Part shown: one piece after another, positions 35,180 through 48,418 of the stretch
Numbering within the stretch: the first letter of the stretch is position 1
Layout of the letters: every line of letters starts with the position of its first letter
Assembly (NCBI GenBank): GCA_965644295.1
Contig: CBFFRP010000457.1
Location: 62,001 to 126,000 of the forward strand
Reading direction: 5' to 3'
DNA length: 64,000 nucleotides
Origin: Paraphysomonas bandaiensis
Taxonomy: Eukaryota > Protista > Chrysophyceae
Notes under the pieces: model-generated
The model's database searches: none
What the model saw: the letters and a program-made list of their open reading frames with translations, nothing else
What the model was told of the DNA's origin: nothing
Position numbers and translations under genes: made by a program

Positions 35180-35566
35180 TCATCCATCAATATCATGTGC
35201 ATTACAATAATCAGACCAACTATCAAATCCTTGATACATTCCATTCTCAGACCAACCCGAGTGACGACTCATTATAGGATCTCTGTATGGTGTATCCTCC
35301 GATGAATCATCTCCATTAAGATCATCAAGTTCTCTTCTTTCATTTAGCATATTCATATACAATTTTTTCCATTGTTTAGCATCTTTTAATAATGAAGAGA
35401 ATTCGTTGTGATTCTTGATATGATCAATCAGTTGCTGATGCTCCTCTGAGTGGAAGAGTCTCATCAGTTCATTGATCTGAACACCAGCAGCTCTTAGATC
35501 TTCAATCTTTTTACGTAATTGATTAGATGAATGAGAATATGCACGACAAGCAGCAGGATATGACAT
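35180..35566 (-). CDS. Hypothetical protein (128 aa)
   Basis: ATG-initiated ORF with natural composition, coiled-coil-like N-half, ends DSWSDYCNAHDIDG. Confidence 0.6.
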   Translation of the reverse strand: MSYPAACRAYSHSSNQLRKKIEDLRAAGVQINELMRLFHSEEHQQLIDHIKNHNEFSSLLKDAKQWKKLYMNMLNERRELDDLNGDDSSEDTPYRDPIMSRHSGWSENGMYQGFDSWSDYCNAHDIDG

Positions 35567-35821
35567 GGTTAGTTTAATAGAGTGTTATATGAATGTGTTA
35601 GTGTGTATGTATGTACTGGATGACGCTCTCTGCATCCATACAATACATATATATACATATACATACATATAGTCGAAGTCATACATAGTGCATACATACA
35701 TACATAGATAGATAGATAGATACACTGCACTTCGACTTCACTTCTGAAATAGAAGTAAGTTGATGACATGAGTGTTGAAGTTGCCAACTGACAAGAACAG
35801 AATAAGAACCATATCCACATG

Positions 35822-36540
35822 ATGTATGTATGTATGTATGTATGTATGTATGTATGTATGTATGTATGTATGTATGTATGTATGTATGTATGTATGTATG
35901 TATGTATGTATGTATGTATGTATGTATGTATGTATGTATGTATGTATGTATGTATGTATGTATGTATGTATGTATGTATGTATGTATGTATGTATGTATG
36001 TATGTATGTATGTATGTATGTATGTATGTATGTATGTATGTATGTATGTATGTATGTATGTATGTATGTATGTATGTATGTATGTATGTATGTATGTATG
36101 TATGTATGTATGTATGTATGTATGTATGTATGTATGTATGTATGTATGTATGTATGTATGTATGTATGTATGTATGTATGTATGTATGTATGTATGTATG
36201 TATGTATGTATGTATGTATGTATGTATGTATGTATGTATGTATGTATGTATGTATGTATGTATGTATGTATGTATGTATGTATGTATGTATGTATGTATG
36301 TATGTATGTATGTATGTATGTATGTATGTATGTATGTATGTATGTATGTATGTATGTATGTATGTATGTATGTATGTATGTATGTATGTATGTATGTATG
36401 TATGTATGTATGTATGTATGTATGTATGTATGTATGTATGTATGTATGTATGTATGTATGTATGTATGTATGTATGTATGTATGTATGTATGTATGTATG
36501 TATGTATGTATGTATGTATGTATGTATGTATGTATGTATG

Positions 36541-36572
<32 letters not shown>

Positions 36573-37024
36573 TGTATGTATGTATGTATGTATGTATGTA
36601 TGTATGTATGTATGTATGTATGTATGTATGTATGTATGTATGTATGTATGTATGTATGTATGTATGTATGTATGTATGTATGTATGTATGTATGTATGTA
36701 TGTATGTATGTATGTATGTATGTATGTATGTATGTATGTATGTATGTATGTATGTATGTATGTATGTATGTATGTATGTATGTATGTATGTATGTATGTA
36801 TGTATGTATGTATGTATGTATGTATGTATGTATGTATGTATGTATGTATGTATGTATGTATGTATGTATGTATGTATGTATGTATGTATGTATGTATGTA
36901 TGTATGTATGTATGTATGTATGTATGTATGTATGTATGTATGTATGTATGTATGTATGTATGTATGTATGTATGTATGTATGTATGTATGTATGTATGTA
37001 TGTATGTATGTATGTATGTATGTA
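35822..37024 (+). repeat. (TATG)n microsatellite, ~1.2 kb
   Basis: Direct reading; one TATA interruption near 36541. Confidence 0.99.
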
Positions 37025-39905
37025 GAGATCAAGACACGGTTTGTGGGGGTTTTGGTGGTTTGGTGCCAGAATGGACACGTTGGAGTTTTTTTTGCTTTTT
37101 TGGGGGGTTTTCTGACATTTTCCTTTCCAACATTCAGCACACTCAGCAGATAGACAGGCTAGCTAACGTATCCATCCATACACCAATTCGATCTGTCAAT
37201 CTTAATACAGCCATATATATCCACTTATTCAGTGATGAATTGTGATCTTGAATTGACTATGATGATATTATTTTACTTATGCACGTGATGGAACTCACAG
37301 AGGAAGATCAAGTGTTTCCAGAGTTTGCAACAGATAGTCAGTTATGGAGGCACACGTACAGGAAAACAACTGCGACACGACCCACATGTAGCGCAAGGAA
37401 GAAATAGAGTTACTATGATATGTATGAATCCATCATGTGCTCTAAGATTATGTGCTTGGTGTAAGCGTCATAAAACATACTATATGGATAGTGTGCAAGT
37501 ATTGAGGAGCACTAGGTGTTGAGCGAGGATGTTATGAGAATTCCTTGTGTCGTCTTCGGAAAAGCATCACAGGTATATATATATATATGTATAAACTTTT
37601 CATTATTCAGTACTTCAAGAACGAGGTGTTGAACAACGAAGAGTTTGCAGTGATCATGAAGGATATTGGAGTCGGTCGTCGTAATATTAGCACTACCCGC
37701 ATTCAGGCGAGAAACACACAACAGCACTTTCATGTAATATCGCACATGTAAATTGTGCAATAGTAAGCTTACTATGTTAGGCAATGTGTATAATTGCTTA
37801 CGTTCTAATATTTTATACTTGATAGGATATACAGAAAGAAGTCAGACATTGTCCAATGGAGGTTCACATTCTCGATACTGTGAGCGAGCGAGGTATTGTG
37901 CATACCATCACGTATACAGTGCATAGAAGCGAGTTGGGAAATGTGGACTTGTCTAAGCAGAAATGGGACTGTGGAAAGTACCAACAAACAGGAGATGCGT
38001 AGTTTCTGCTTAAAGAGTTGTATCCGAATGGAATGCCACAAGACCTATTTTCGGAGAAATACTTTCATAAAGAATGCTTTACTATGAGAGTAAAAAATAT
38101 GCTTGCAGACGTGCCTGAAATGTTAGGCACGATTCACTCTACTTCAGAAGTTGATAATCGATTGCGATCCAAATCGTTTAGGACTATCAAAGCTCCTCTT
38201 GCTAATGATTCCAAGTCTTACAGGAGTTCGAAACGATGGACTAGCACCGGAGAAAGTTCTAGCAGGTGTTGTTGTCATATCCGCGTCAGATATATTTATT
38301 CTTATACATTTATAATGTACAACAGTTCTACTAGTCAGGCTTTATTCAAAAAGAAAAAAAACAGTGTCCCGACTGTCACCAGTGGCTCTCGCGCAAGACC
38401 CTGCATCCCACCAGTGCATGTAGCACGTATTGTATTCGTAATGGTATCAGTCCGCCTGAGGTTTTTCTTTCCGGTTATATTGACGAGTTGAATCACCCTA
38501 ATGATATCGCTGAGCTATCAGAATCGCCTGCTGAAGAAACTGCAACACTTTTTAGTTAGAATATCTGTTGTGTATTCCATATATTTTATGGCCGCATGTA
38601 TATTATCGTTTAGTTGGACAATTACATATCTTTAATTTTAAAGAAATGTGTCTTTACTGTTGTTGCGTTGTTGCTCAGTGATAAAATTCATGCACGGTGT
38701 TGAGATCTGAAGATTCTATATACTTGCAATTGAGTGCAGTATTATGTGAGATGCAAGGATCGAAAGATATACTGTATATGTAATTAGTACATTATATTGT
38801 GTAGTATGAAACTGAAGTAGAAGATTAGTGACTATACAGGATACGATCACTGAGTGTGTGGTTTGTACACTATAGTAGTAAATGAATGGTGTTGAACACA
38901 TCGAATACAACTTAGGAGAATAGTAAGCCCTAGCAAATAATGTCAACTTCTAATACACGGTAGACGGTAGTGTTTAGTGTTTTACACTGTACTTGACTAG
39001 CTAGAACCTTTGACATACTACTAATAATAAATGATCACATTAACCACTGCATGTAATATTCTAGCTAGTTGAAAAAACTTTTCTAATTCTGTTATAGCTA
39101 GATACTAGATCTGATGTAAAAGAGTTTGAAAATAGTCCTTATCTACACAGTCATGAAAATTTACATGTCATACACCCTGATAATACTAAACTGAAACCAA
39201 GACTATACACACAGAAAGGGGAGGGGTCCTGGGGGCATAACAAGATTAATTTAAAAGGAATAAAACCGCTATCTTTTATTCAAAAGAATATCAGATATTA
39301 GTGTGTAGTCAAAAGAATATCAACACGCGAATTACAATATCATTAACAGAACCAGACAAATTCACTGTTAAAAAGTATACATAAAACCAACTGTATGGAA
39401 CTATTCAAGCAGTCACTAATCTACCTTCTACGAGTTACTTGTGCTCTTGCATGGAATCATAAGATTCGTTTGGCAACAAAGGCAGGGGATGTCAATCAAA
39501 GAAGATTATAGATATGTCAATATTTACTCATATATTTCTGATTCCTACACCTGTTCATCTGAAAGACTCCTATATTCGATCTCATCGGAGTATAAGAGCG
39601 GCTAGCAGGACTATGAATGCATGTTCTTCGAGATCTAGCAACTGCTCCACGTTGGCCTTCTTTAGCCCTAGCTGTGTCGATAGAGCATCGAGCTGGGTCC
39701 CTCGTCCAACTGGAAAGCCATTCACAGGGGAGTTGTGAACACTATGTACCTTCCTGTCTTCTAGATGTTGGCAGTGAGTGTGCTGAATGTTGGAAAGGAA
39801 AATGTCAGAAAACCCCCCAAAAAAGCAAAAAAACCTCCAACGTGTCCATTCTGGCACCAAACCACCAAAACCCCCACAAACCGTGTCTTGATCGGCACCG
39901 GGCTC
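37025..39905 (+). mobile_element. Non-autonomous Mutator-like element (copy 2) with ~120-bp TIRs, inserted in (TATG)n
   Basis: GAG..ATCAAGACACGGTTTGTGGGGG...TTCAGCACACTCA is the inverse of TGAGTGTGCTGAA...CCCCCACAAACCGTGTCTTGATC..CTC; internal homology to the MULE remnant at 25648-26980; flanks ATGTATGTA on both sides. Confidence 0.87.
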
Positions 39906-40580
39906 ATGTATGTATGTATGTATGTATGTATGTATGTATGTATGTATGTATGTATGTATGTATGTATGTATGTATGTATGTATGTATGTATGTATGTATG
40001 TATGTATGTATGTATGTATGTATGTATCTATGTATGTATGTATGTATGTATGTATGTATGTATGTATGTATGTATGTATGTATGTATGTATGTATGTATG
40101 TATGTATGTATGTATGTATGTATGTATGTATGTATGTATGTATGTATGTATGTATGTATGTATGTATGTATGTATGTATGTATGTATGTATGTATGTATG
40201 TATGTATGTATGTATGTATGTATGTATGTATGTATGTATGTATGTATGTATGTATGTATGTATGTATGTATGTATGTATGTATGTATGTATGTATGTATG
40301 TATGTATGTATGTATGTATGTATGTATGTATGTATGTATGTATGTATGTATGTATGTATGTATGTATGTATGTATGTATGTATGTATGTATGTATGTATG
40401 TATGTATGTATGTATGTATGTATGTATGTATGTATGTATGTATGTATGTATGTATGTATGTATGTATGTATGTATGTATGTATGTATGTATGTATGTATG
40501 TATGTATGTATGTATGTATGTATGTATGAATGTATGTATGTATGTATGTATGTATGTATGTATGTATGTATGTATGTATG

Positions 40581-40612
<32 letters not shown>

Positions 40613-40727
40613 TGTATGTATGTATGTATGTATGTATGTATGTATGTATGTATGTATGTATGTATGTATGTATGTATGTATGTATGTATGTATGTATGTA
40701 TGTATGTATGTATGTATGTATGTATGT
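39906..40727 (+). repeat. (TATG)n microsatellite, ~820 bp
   Basis: Direct reading; a few variant units. Confidence 0.99.
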
Positions 40728-40730
40728 GTA

Positions 40731-40878
40731 TATCGGCAGTAAGCATCTTATGTTTTCGGAAATAAATTGAAGCAAATTTACTCTATATTACTGCAATAAA
40801 AGTATGGCTAGAATACAGATAATTATTGTCTCAATATTAGAGGCATCTTTGAACAAAAAATACAAAGAATGCCAATAC
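40731..40878 (+). mobile_element. ~150-bp MITE (copy 3)
   Basis: TATCGGCAG...TGCCAATAC; homologous to 27059-27210. Confidence 0.75.
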
Positions 40879-41033
40879 AGCAGCAGTATGAATTCATTCA
40901 TATGGTATGGTGTTCATGTATGTATGTGAGTTCTTCATATTATCATCTTGCTACTCTCATAACTATCCCTCATACAGTCTTCACTCTAATCACAATGTGT
41001 GAACATAATTTTATATTTACATCTATTGGTAAT

Positions 41034-41669
41034 ATGGGTATAAAGTTTTGTAATGAAAAACGATTTTATTTTATGCTTTCATGTGTTTTAACGAGTGGAT
41101 TATCTCTCATACTTTGCTCTGTGGCACTTGCTGGTGCATCTACGAATAATACAACTGTTATATCATGTAATTGGGCCTATGGAAGTAACGGAAATATTGA
41201 TTCATATATTGGTTTAAAGCGTGCTGTTACAGTCATTGATGATGATGATGTATCTGGTGAGAATTGGAAGGATATGAATTGTAATGGAGAGAATTATTGT
41301 GATGAATGTCATGATGCTGGATCTGATAGTTTATCAAGTGTAGCTCTACTTTTTATATTAAATTTTGTATGTGTTATTCAGTCTTATCTGCGTGTTACTG
41401 CTGCGAGAGATATGAATACACACAAAGTGGTGCAGCTATTTTGCACAGGCTTTAGTGTGTTACTGGCAATCATTTCTATCGGTTCATTTTCAAATGAATG
41501 TATCAATAATTTACCAGACGAGTTTGACTATGTCCATGGACCGGGGTATGGCTGCGTTGCGACCGTGTTGGTGTTCAAAATCATTGAATTCTTGTTCCAT
41601 TTATGTGTACCTGTGGAACAGAAGCACGCTCATGAGCCGGTGGCTTCTGTGTTTTCGAACAGGAATTAA
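41034..41669 (+). CDS. Four-TM protein, amastin/claudin-like topology
   Basis: TM1, W..YIGL and Cys-rich first loop (CNGENYCDEC), three more TMs, GPGYGC before TM4; start codon uncertain (40995 or 41034). Confidence 0.75.
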   Translation: MGIKFCNEKRFYFMLSCVLTSGLSLILCSVALAGASTNNTTVISCNWAYGSNGNIDSYIGLKRAVTVIDDDDVSGENWKDMNCNGENYCDECHDAGSDSLSSVALLFILNFVCVIQSYLRVTAARDMNTHKVVQLFCTGFSVLLAIISIGSFSNECINNLPDEFDYVHGPGYGCVATVLVFKIIEFLFHLCVPVEQKHAHEPVASVFSNRN

Positions 41670-41999
41670 ATCTGTTTTAATTTGCCCAAGTATACTGTGT
41701 TATAATGCACAGATAGCTAGTTTTGTAGCATATCCTCACTAGCAACGAAAATGCATGCCCCCTGATTCGAGTGGAAGTAACATCTCTGTACATTGGATTT
41801 AATGATATATATGGTACGTTAGAGTGTGAATTATATTCGCTTACAGTAACTAAGTATAATTATATGAGTTTAAGTGCTAACTCTGTTTGTTGGTTGTTTG
41901 ACAATGACCCGCACAAAAGGTTTTACGAAATTACCCCACACTTTAAAGGCTATTTCAGATGACTATAGACTATAGCACATAAAATATGGCGGAGCTAGT

Positions 42000-43180
42000 A
42001 TAGTCACGAACAGAAGTCGTAAAAAATCATAACTTAAATGGCTACAAAAAATCGCGAGGATTTCGTACAAGTTTTGTTGGTGGCTCTTAGCTCCTCCATT
42101 CTTTTGTTGTGATACCGATAGACAATCAATAGCCGTGGTCGCAGGAGGTGACTCCTGGTTAGAGGTTAACTTCATGCTAGGCCGTCTCAATTACACTTTC
42201 TGTGAAATCGATGTTGCCCGAGCCATGGAGCGCATTCTCACGTCCGGAATATGGCACTGGCGTCGTTCTGGAACACGCCGGCCGTACGTCACACATCCCA
42301 TGATCATTGATTTTCAAACCCTTCGTGTTCATTTGAAGCTTGAGAAGCACTTCGCGACCAACTCTACGGCCATAATCTTGATCGCGAACCTGGTTACTGG
42401 AAAAAGAGTAGTGCCTTACTTACGCATGAACTGGCTCTGGGAAATTGCGGCAGATCAAAGGTCACAGTTCACACCTACGACAGCACAGCACATACTCAAT
42501 ACAGCCCCAACATAGGCAAATCCTTCAGCATTGGTAGAAACCGGATAAAAACAAAGCATGGCCTAGACCTGAACAAAGCTCCGACTGTGGTTATTGACTT
42601 GACTCACTCAAGCAATGTATCTTGATTGTCTACACAACTCCATCTCGCAGAGACGATAATCCGCCTTTTAGGGACACAAGGAAGTACAACTGTGCTTATA
42701 ATTCGCGAGGACACCGTACTCTAGAAATAGCAGCTGTTTATCTTCTCCAGCAGCTTTACGCTGCAGCCAAACAAATGATTCAAGATTACACCCAAAGGGC
42801 CACATTGGCTCCCACAGATCACGTCAGAAACGTAGCAACACACGACAGAAACCGCGGGTTCTTCTCTTATTAGGTGTAACGAAGAGACCTCTAGCTCACC
42901 CTACACATCTAGCTCTTCCACAATCCCTGTACAAGTGAAAACGCCACGGTGCAGCCTCCGACAGCTACTTCTCTGCCCCAGGCCCAACTCGCGGCCTGCG
43001 CCATATCCAGACATGACGGTCCCCAATCCACCCCCTAACTTGACTCGACAGAGCCCCATCTCAAGGGACGCCCCCCTGACTAACTCTATCAGCACTTCCA
43101 GGGCTCACATTCATAAAAGAAGGTGAGTGGCTGCACAAGCAGCTTCTGTAGCGCTAAATAGTAGGATAAAAAAAGTTTCT
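42000..43180 (+). mobile_element. Decayed interspersed repeat, possibly the 3' part of a non-LTR retrotransposon
   Basis: 42790-43175 is an inverted homolog of 11005-11470; ends in the GCACAAGCAGCTT..GTAGCG.TAAATAGTAGGATAAA tail also seen at 51150 and 61306; broken ORFs upstream. Confidence 0.5.
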
Positions 43181-44552
43181 ATAGTAGGATTCTCTCACAT
43201 AAGCTATATTTTGAGTTTCTATTTCCAATTGATCACCCCAAACTAATCGAACTTTGGCTCCAATCTGAACAACTATCCGCTATAATATCAAGATTTGACA
43301 ATAGGGTAATTAAAACTTAAGAAACTTAGCGTTAAATTAATAAAATTATTATCAGTATCATGAATCACTCATTGTCATTGTACCGATTGTACTATCAGGT
43401 ATGTCGTATGTGTATTCGTCATTCCAAGAATATAGCACTACTATTGGGGTGGTGCAACTTGACAGCACCTTGTGATCTTGATACAACGCACTTCTATTAG
43501 CATCGGCACTACCGTGAAAGAAGCTCCAGTGAGTATCAGTTCATCCACAAGTCCAGATTACCTGCTGAACTTGAGGTAACTAACAACCTACTCAGCAAAT
43601 AAACCAAAGAGGGTTCATACTCAAGATCTCTAGAGTTGTAGTCTGAAGAAGACAAGTCAGTTCAAGCAATGGTCTCAGAGGATGCTCGTCTATCGGTATT
43701 GGCGATAGAGGAGTCAAGTTGCATCGAATTACTGCTTAAAGGTAAAGATCAGTTCTCTCTATTGATAAGAGTGATAGTGAACAAGTGATAAAATGAATTG
43801 ATGAATATCTTCATGCACTGATATGGATCATATGAGAGACTGTGCTGTGCAATCATACGGTTGCAACAGCCCGTAGCAGCATACAGTGTACTGTACCGTT
43901 CTATCCATCTATTCCAACACTTACATTGATAATTAATCAAATAACATTAAATGATTGCAAGAAAGAATGATTTGAACAATGCTAGAGCATATGAATGTAA
44001 TGCAGATTGGGTGTCATGTTGAGTGATGTGTGTAGAGATGCATAGTAAGACACGATGGATTGTACCTTAACTGCTTACAGGAATTTTTATAGAGAAAGCT
44101 GTCCGAAAATCCCTTATTTTTAATATTTTCTGGAGATTTCGTTGAAAATTAGAAGATTGTGTATTTATTAGATGGCTAACAAGCTAAAAAGGGTATTTTT
44201 ATCACTTCGCTCTTCTAGAAAACTTGAAACCCTTTGTTTTGTAACTCTCCCACAGGCTTTCGTTAAAACTCTCAGCTATAGTCCAGTACAGAGCAAAAAT
44301 CAGAGAATAGTCCCTATTTCTATAAATTCTAGAGTTTTCTATAAAAAACAAGAAGATTCTCTACACCATTAAAAATGTCTGTATGTATGGTGGTCTGTAT
44401 GTACATATATGTATGTATGTACATATATGTATGTACATGTATGTATGTGTCTATATACATACACTCATATCGAGCAGTCACTCCATAGACTTTAACACAA
44501 ACACATCCATCCATCCATCCACATACATACATAAACAACACCAAAGATATAT

Positions 44553-45008
44553 ATGTATCGTAATCAATCAAAGAAACGTGTTCATAAAAAGCCATTTAAG
44601 TCAAAAAAAGAGACTATTGAATTAGAGCGCTACAAGAAAGCCAAACTATTAAAGTCATACGCCAAACTATGTGCATCAGAAGGCATTGTATCAAATCGTG
44701 TACATATTGGACCAAAAGAAGCATCTATTCAAGATCCTTCGAATAAAAATAATACAAAACAATATAAAAAAACAAAGAAATTCAAACAAAATCCTTTTAG
44801 TAAAGCTGAAAAAATTGCAATAGAATATCAGAAAGAAAAACAAGATGAAATTAATAGAAAGAAACAAATTGCTGAAGAAATTGAAAACAATAAGAAGAAA
44901 AAGGCAAAGAAATCAAAAACTCTTATGGCAAAAACAAAACGAGGTCAACCGGTGCTATCGAATCATATCAGTGTTATGCTTGACAAACTGAAATCCGAGA
45001 GTAGTTAG
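44553..45008 (+). CDS. Basic Fyv7/TAP26 (CCDC59)-like rRNA-processing protein
   Basis: Lys-rich 151 aa; NPF..A and C-terminal KTKRGQPVL...I..MLDKL motif. Confidence 0.75.
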   Translation: MYRNQSKKRVHKKPFKSKKETIELERYKKAKLLKSYAKLCASEGIVSNRVHIGPKEASIQDPSNKNNTKQYKKTKKFKQNPFSKAEKIAIEYQKEKQDEINRKKQIAEEIENNKKKKAKKSKTLMAKTKRGQPVLSNHISVMLDKLKSESS

Positions 45009-45480
45009 ATAAAGTATTTGTTTTGTTAGTGAAATGTACTAACGGTGAATTTTGTTAATAGTAATTGCCCTTTTCTGAGATCGTTCCCAAGTCTTGTGGT
45101 TCTGTTGATTGAACATACTAATTCCTACATTCTTATATAAGCAAAGCCAATACCGCAATAAAATAGCAGTGCACTGTTAGTAATATGAAGATATAGGTCA
45201 CAAGGAATGTGGGATTGACGCACTCGGAATGGGGCAGTCATGTAAGTGTTCAAGTAGCTTAGGTAGTTATATATTGATTGTTCACTGTTACTACATGGAT
45301 TAGATGAGCCAGGACAAAACGTATTGGTATCAATTTTAATATTGTTTCTGCTAATTTAATCAAATACAATATATTCCAACAATATCCATATATATAATTA
45401 TTAAAGAAGCCTATCAACCTTGAAAGCTTGCAACGATGTTTATCACATCTTGTGGAAAGTGAAGAGTTGAAAAGCCGGTG

Positions 45481-47592
45481 CTATCTCATCTGTTGACGCA
45501 TTCTGTAAGTTACAAGGTATGCAGGGTAGCTTTGATGATGCTCATAAACAATTAGTCCTTGAATTGAACCAAGAATAGGCCCACGTACAGATTGGCATCC
45601 ATCCTTCGGAACTATTATACTACTATCTGCGGCGTCTTTCTGTTCAACACTACCTTGAGCAACCAACGCCAAAAATATCTGCCTTTCATTATTTGAGTTC
45701 GGGCATTCATATGAGTAACGATGTGCATAACTGGTATCGCCTGTAAAGTATGACCCTCTGCCATAGAAGTTACTATCATGGGAGTAGCGGAAATCAAAAC
45801 CATATCTGTTATTTCGAGGTGGACCACTATTCCAGATCATCTCAGGAGAAGTTTTGCGTGTTCCATGCTTTAGAAGGGCCTCATTCGCATTGCCATCATT
45901 CCGACTAGCAATATCTGTGCGCTTGAAATCGTAATGTCTATACAGCTCCACGTTTTGAACACGTTCAATGCGCACAATATCTGCCATGGAGTCAAAGTCA
46001 TTACTTCCGAAGATTGAGGAAGCCATGACAAACTCCCAGCTCTTACGCTCCAGTTCTACTAATGAAGGGGCTGGGATATCGCTGTCATCATATAATTTCA
46101 ATCCCCAGGTCTCTGGAAAGGAATTTGTAAATACTTTTCTTTTCTGCATATAAAAACAAATAAATAGTGTCATAACTAATAAATAGGTAGTGTCATTACA
46201 GTCATAAACAAACACAAAACAAACAGAAACACATTACATACTTATATCCACCGACTGCACCAATGCTATCAAACATATAATAAAGTTAAACTACATCACC
46301 ATGACACACATACCTCTGCAGTAGCAGCAGCAGCAGCAGCTTCCTCTTGCTGTCTCTGCCTCTCAGCCTATACAATACACATATGATTCCAATGAGCCTA
46401 TACAATACACATATCTCTGCTACTACGAATATGATGAAGTATACAGTATACATACTAACATGTGCATTTCTGATGATACCAAACATCGATTCATCTTTTG
46501 CCACAGCAACTGGAGTCTTTCCCTTCTGCAAAAAAATAAATATCATAAAAAGAGACACAGTACATCGCCGCACATTCATGTTGACTTTCTCATGATGAGA
46601 CAGTGAGCTACTTATAATATGCATACTTATATATTAGCCCTCATAACACTCTATGTATATATGTATATATGTATGTATAGAGGGGTTACTTACTTTGTTT
46701 CGTATATTAATATCTGCTCCTGCTCTTATGAGATACTCAGCTGTATCTCTCTGATCATAATCGGCAGCCCTGTGAAGAGCTGTATCACCATCCTATAACA
46801 CAATAATATCATAAGAGCCCTCATAACACTCTATGTATGTATGTATATGCATGGAGGGGTTACTTACATTGTCTTGTATATTTATATCTGCTCCTGCTCT
46901 TATAAGATACTCAGCTGTATCTCTCTGGCCTCTAGAGGCAACATAGTGAAGAGCTGTCCGACCATCCTATAAAACAATAACAAAAATATCACATGAGCCC
47001 TCATAACACTCTATGTATGGATGTATATGTATGTAGGGGTTGCTTACTTTGTCTCGTATAGATATATCTGCTCCTGCTCTTACAAGATACTCAGATATCT
47101 CTCTGTAACCACTAATAACAGCCCTGTGAAGAGCTGTATAGCCATCCTATAAAACAATATCATCATATGAGCCCTCATAACACTCTGTATGTATGTATGT
47201 ATGGAGGGGGTTGCTTACATTGTCTCGTATATTAATATCTGCTCCTGCTATGATAAGATACTCAGATATCTCTCTGTAACCATCAGAGAGAGTCCAGTGA
47301 AGTGCTGTACGACCATCCTATAAAACAATAACAATCCCTCATAACACTGTATGTATATGTATATATGTGTGTGTATGTATATGTGTGTATATATGGGTGT
47401 GTACATGTATATATATGTGTGTGTACATGTGTATGTATGTATGTGTGTGTGTACATGTGTATGTATGTATGTGTATGTATGTATATGTGTGTGGTGTACC
47501 TCATCTTGTGTATTGATGTTATCACCCCTCTCAACACACCTCCTCACCCCACTGATATTACCATTACAAGCAGCTGCAATAATAGCAGGCAT
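45481..47592 (-). CDS. Ankyrin-repeat protein with C-terminal PARP-type ADP-ribosyltransferase domain
   Basis: 99-bp exons each encoding DG.TALH.A...AEYLIRAGADINI; last exon IERVQN, LKHGT, YGRGSYF, YAHRYS, LIVY..QSYPAYLVTY. Confidence 0.9.
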
Positions 47593-47672
47593 CTATCTGT
47601 ATATAGAAGTGAAGGGAAGTGAAGTGAAGTGAAGTGAAGAGAAGTGAGTTCATCCATTGTATATACATACAG

Positions 47673-47817
47673 GGGGTGGTTGTGTATATCGATTTCATCA
47701 TTTATTTCATTGAAAAGTCATCATTTTTTCAGTGAAAAGTGGAAAAAAGTGACTTTTTAATGAAAAAACGATGACTTTTAAAATGATGAACATACACTAT
47801 GTATGCACAACCACCCC
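47673..47817. mobile_element. PIF/Harbinger-like MITE
   Basis: TIRs GGGGTGGTTGTGTATA / TATGCACAACCACCCC with apparent 3-bp TSD CAG. Confidence 0.72.
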
Positions 47818-48045
47818 CAGAGCATACACTCCTACTGTCAGAACAAAAAAAGATATCATTACACACAAAAAACCCACAACCTCATACAGTATCTTAAAAA
47901 AACACGCTATTTTCACATTATGCGAGTTTTTCATGCGAGGTTTTTAGCTGCATACTGTCGTTTTTTTGATTGATCTGTGATCTACAGTATTCTCACCTAC
48001 TGCTGTATGTATTGTAAATTTACATGTACAATGCCTGTATGTATA

Positions 48046-48177
48046 GGGGTGGCTGTGCATATCTAGAATTTGGTCATCATTTTTTTCAAAAAAATGTCAC
48101 TTTTCTTATAAAAAATAAGGACTTTATAATAGAAAAAAACAATGGCCAAAATCAGTGTATTCCTACTCAACCACCCC
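48046..48177. mobile_element. PIF/Harbinger-like MITE, second adjacent copy
   Basis: GGGGTGGCTGTGCATA ... CAACCACCCC termini. Confidence 0.6.
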
Positions 48178-48190
48178 ATGTACATGTCCA

Positions 48191-48342
48191 CGTATCGACA
48201 TCCTTTGTATATTTTTGTTCAAAAATGCCTCTAATATTGAGACAACAATTATCTGTATTCCATCCGTAGTTTTATATCAGAAATATTGAGTATATTTGCT
48301 TCAATATATTTCCGAAAAAATAAGATGCTGACTGCTGATACG
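48191..48342 (-). mobile_element. ~150-bp MITE (copy 4)
   Basis: CGTATCGACA...TGCTGATACG; homologous to 19415-19562. Confidence 0.75.
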
Positions 48343-48418
48343 ACGCATGTATGTATCTGTTTAATGAACCACTTGACATGAGTGTCATTAAACATACAGT
48401 AGAATACTAGCAACCTCT

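Noticed and set aside
43400-43930. Protein-like but stop-interrupted stretch
   Set aside because: Cannot assign a family; left unannotated.
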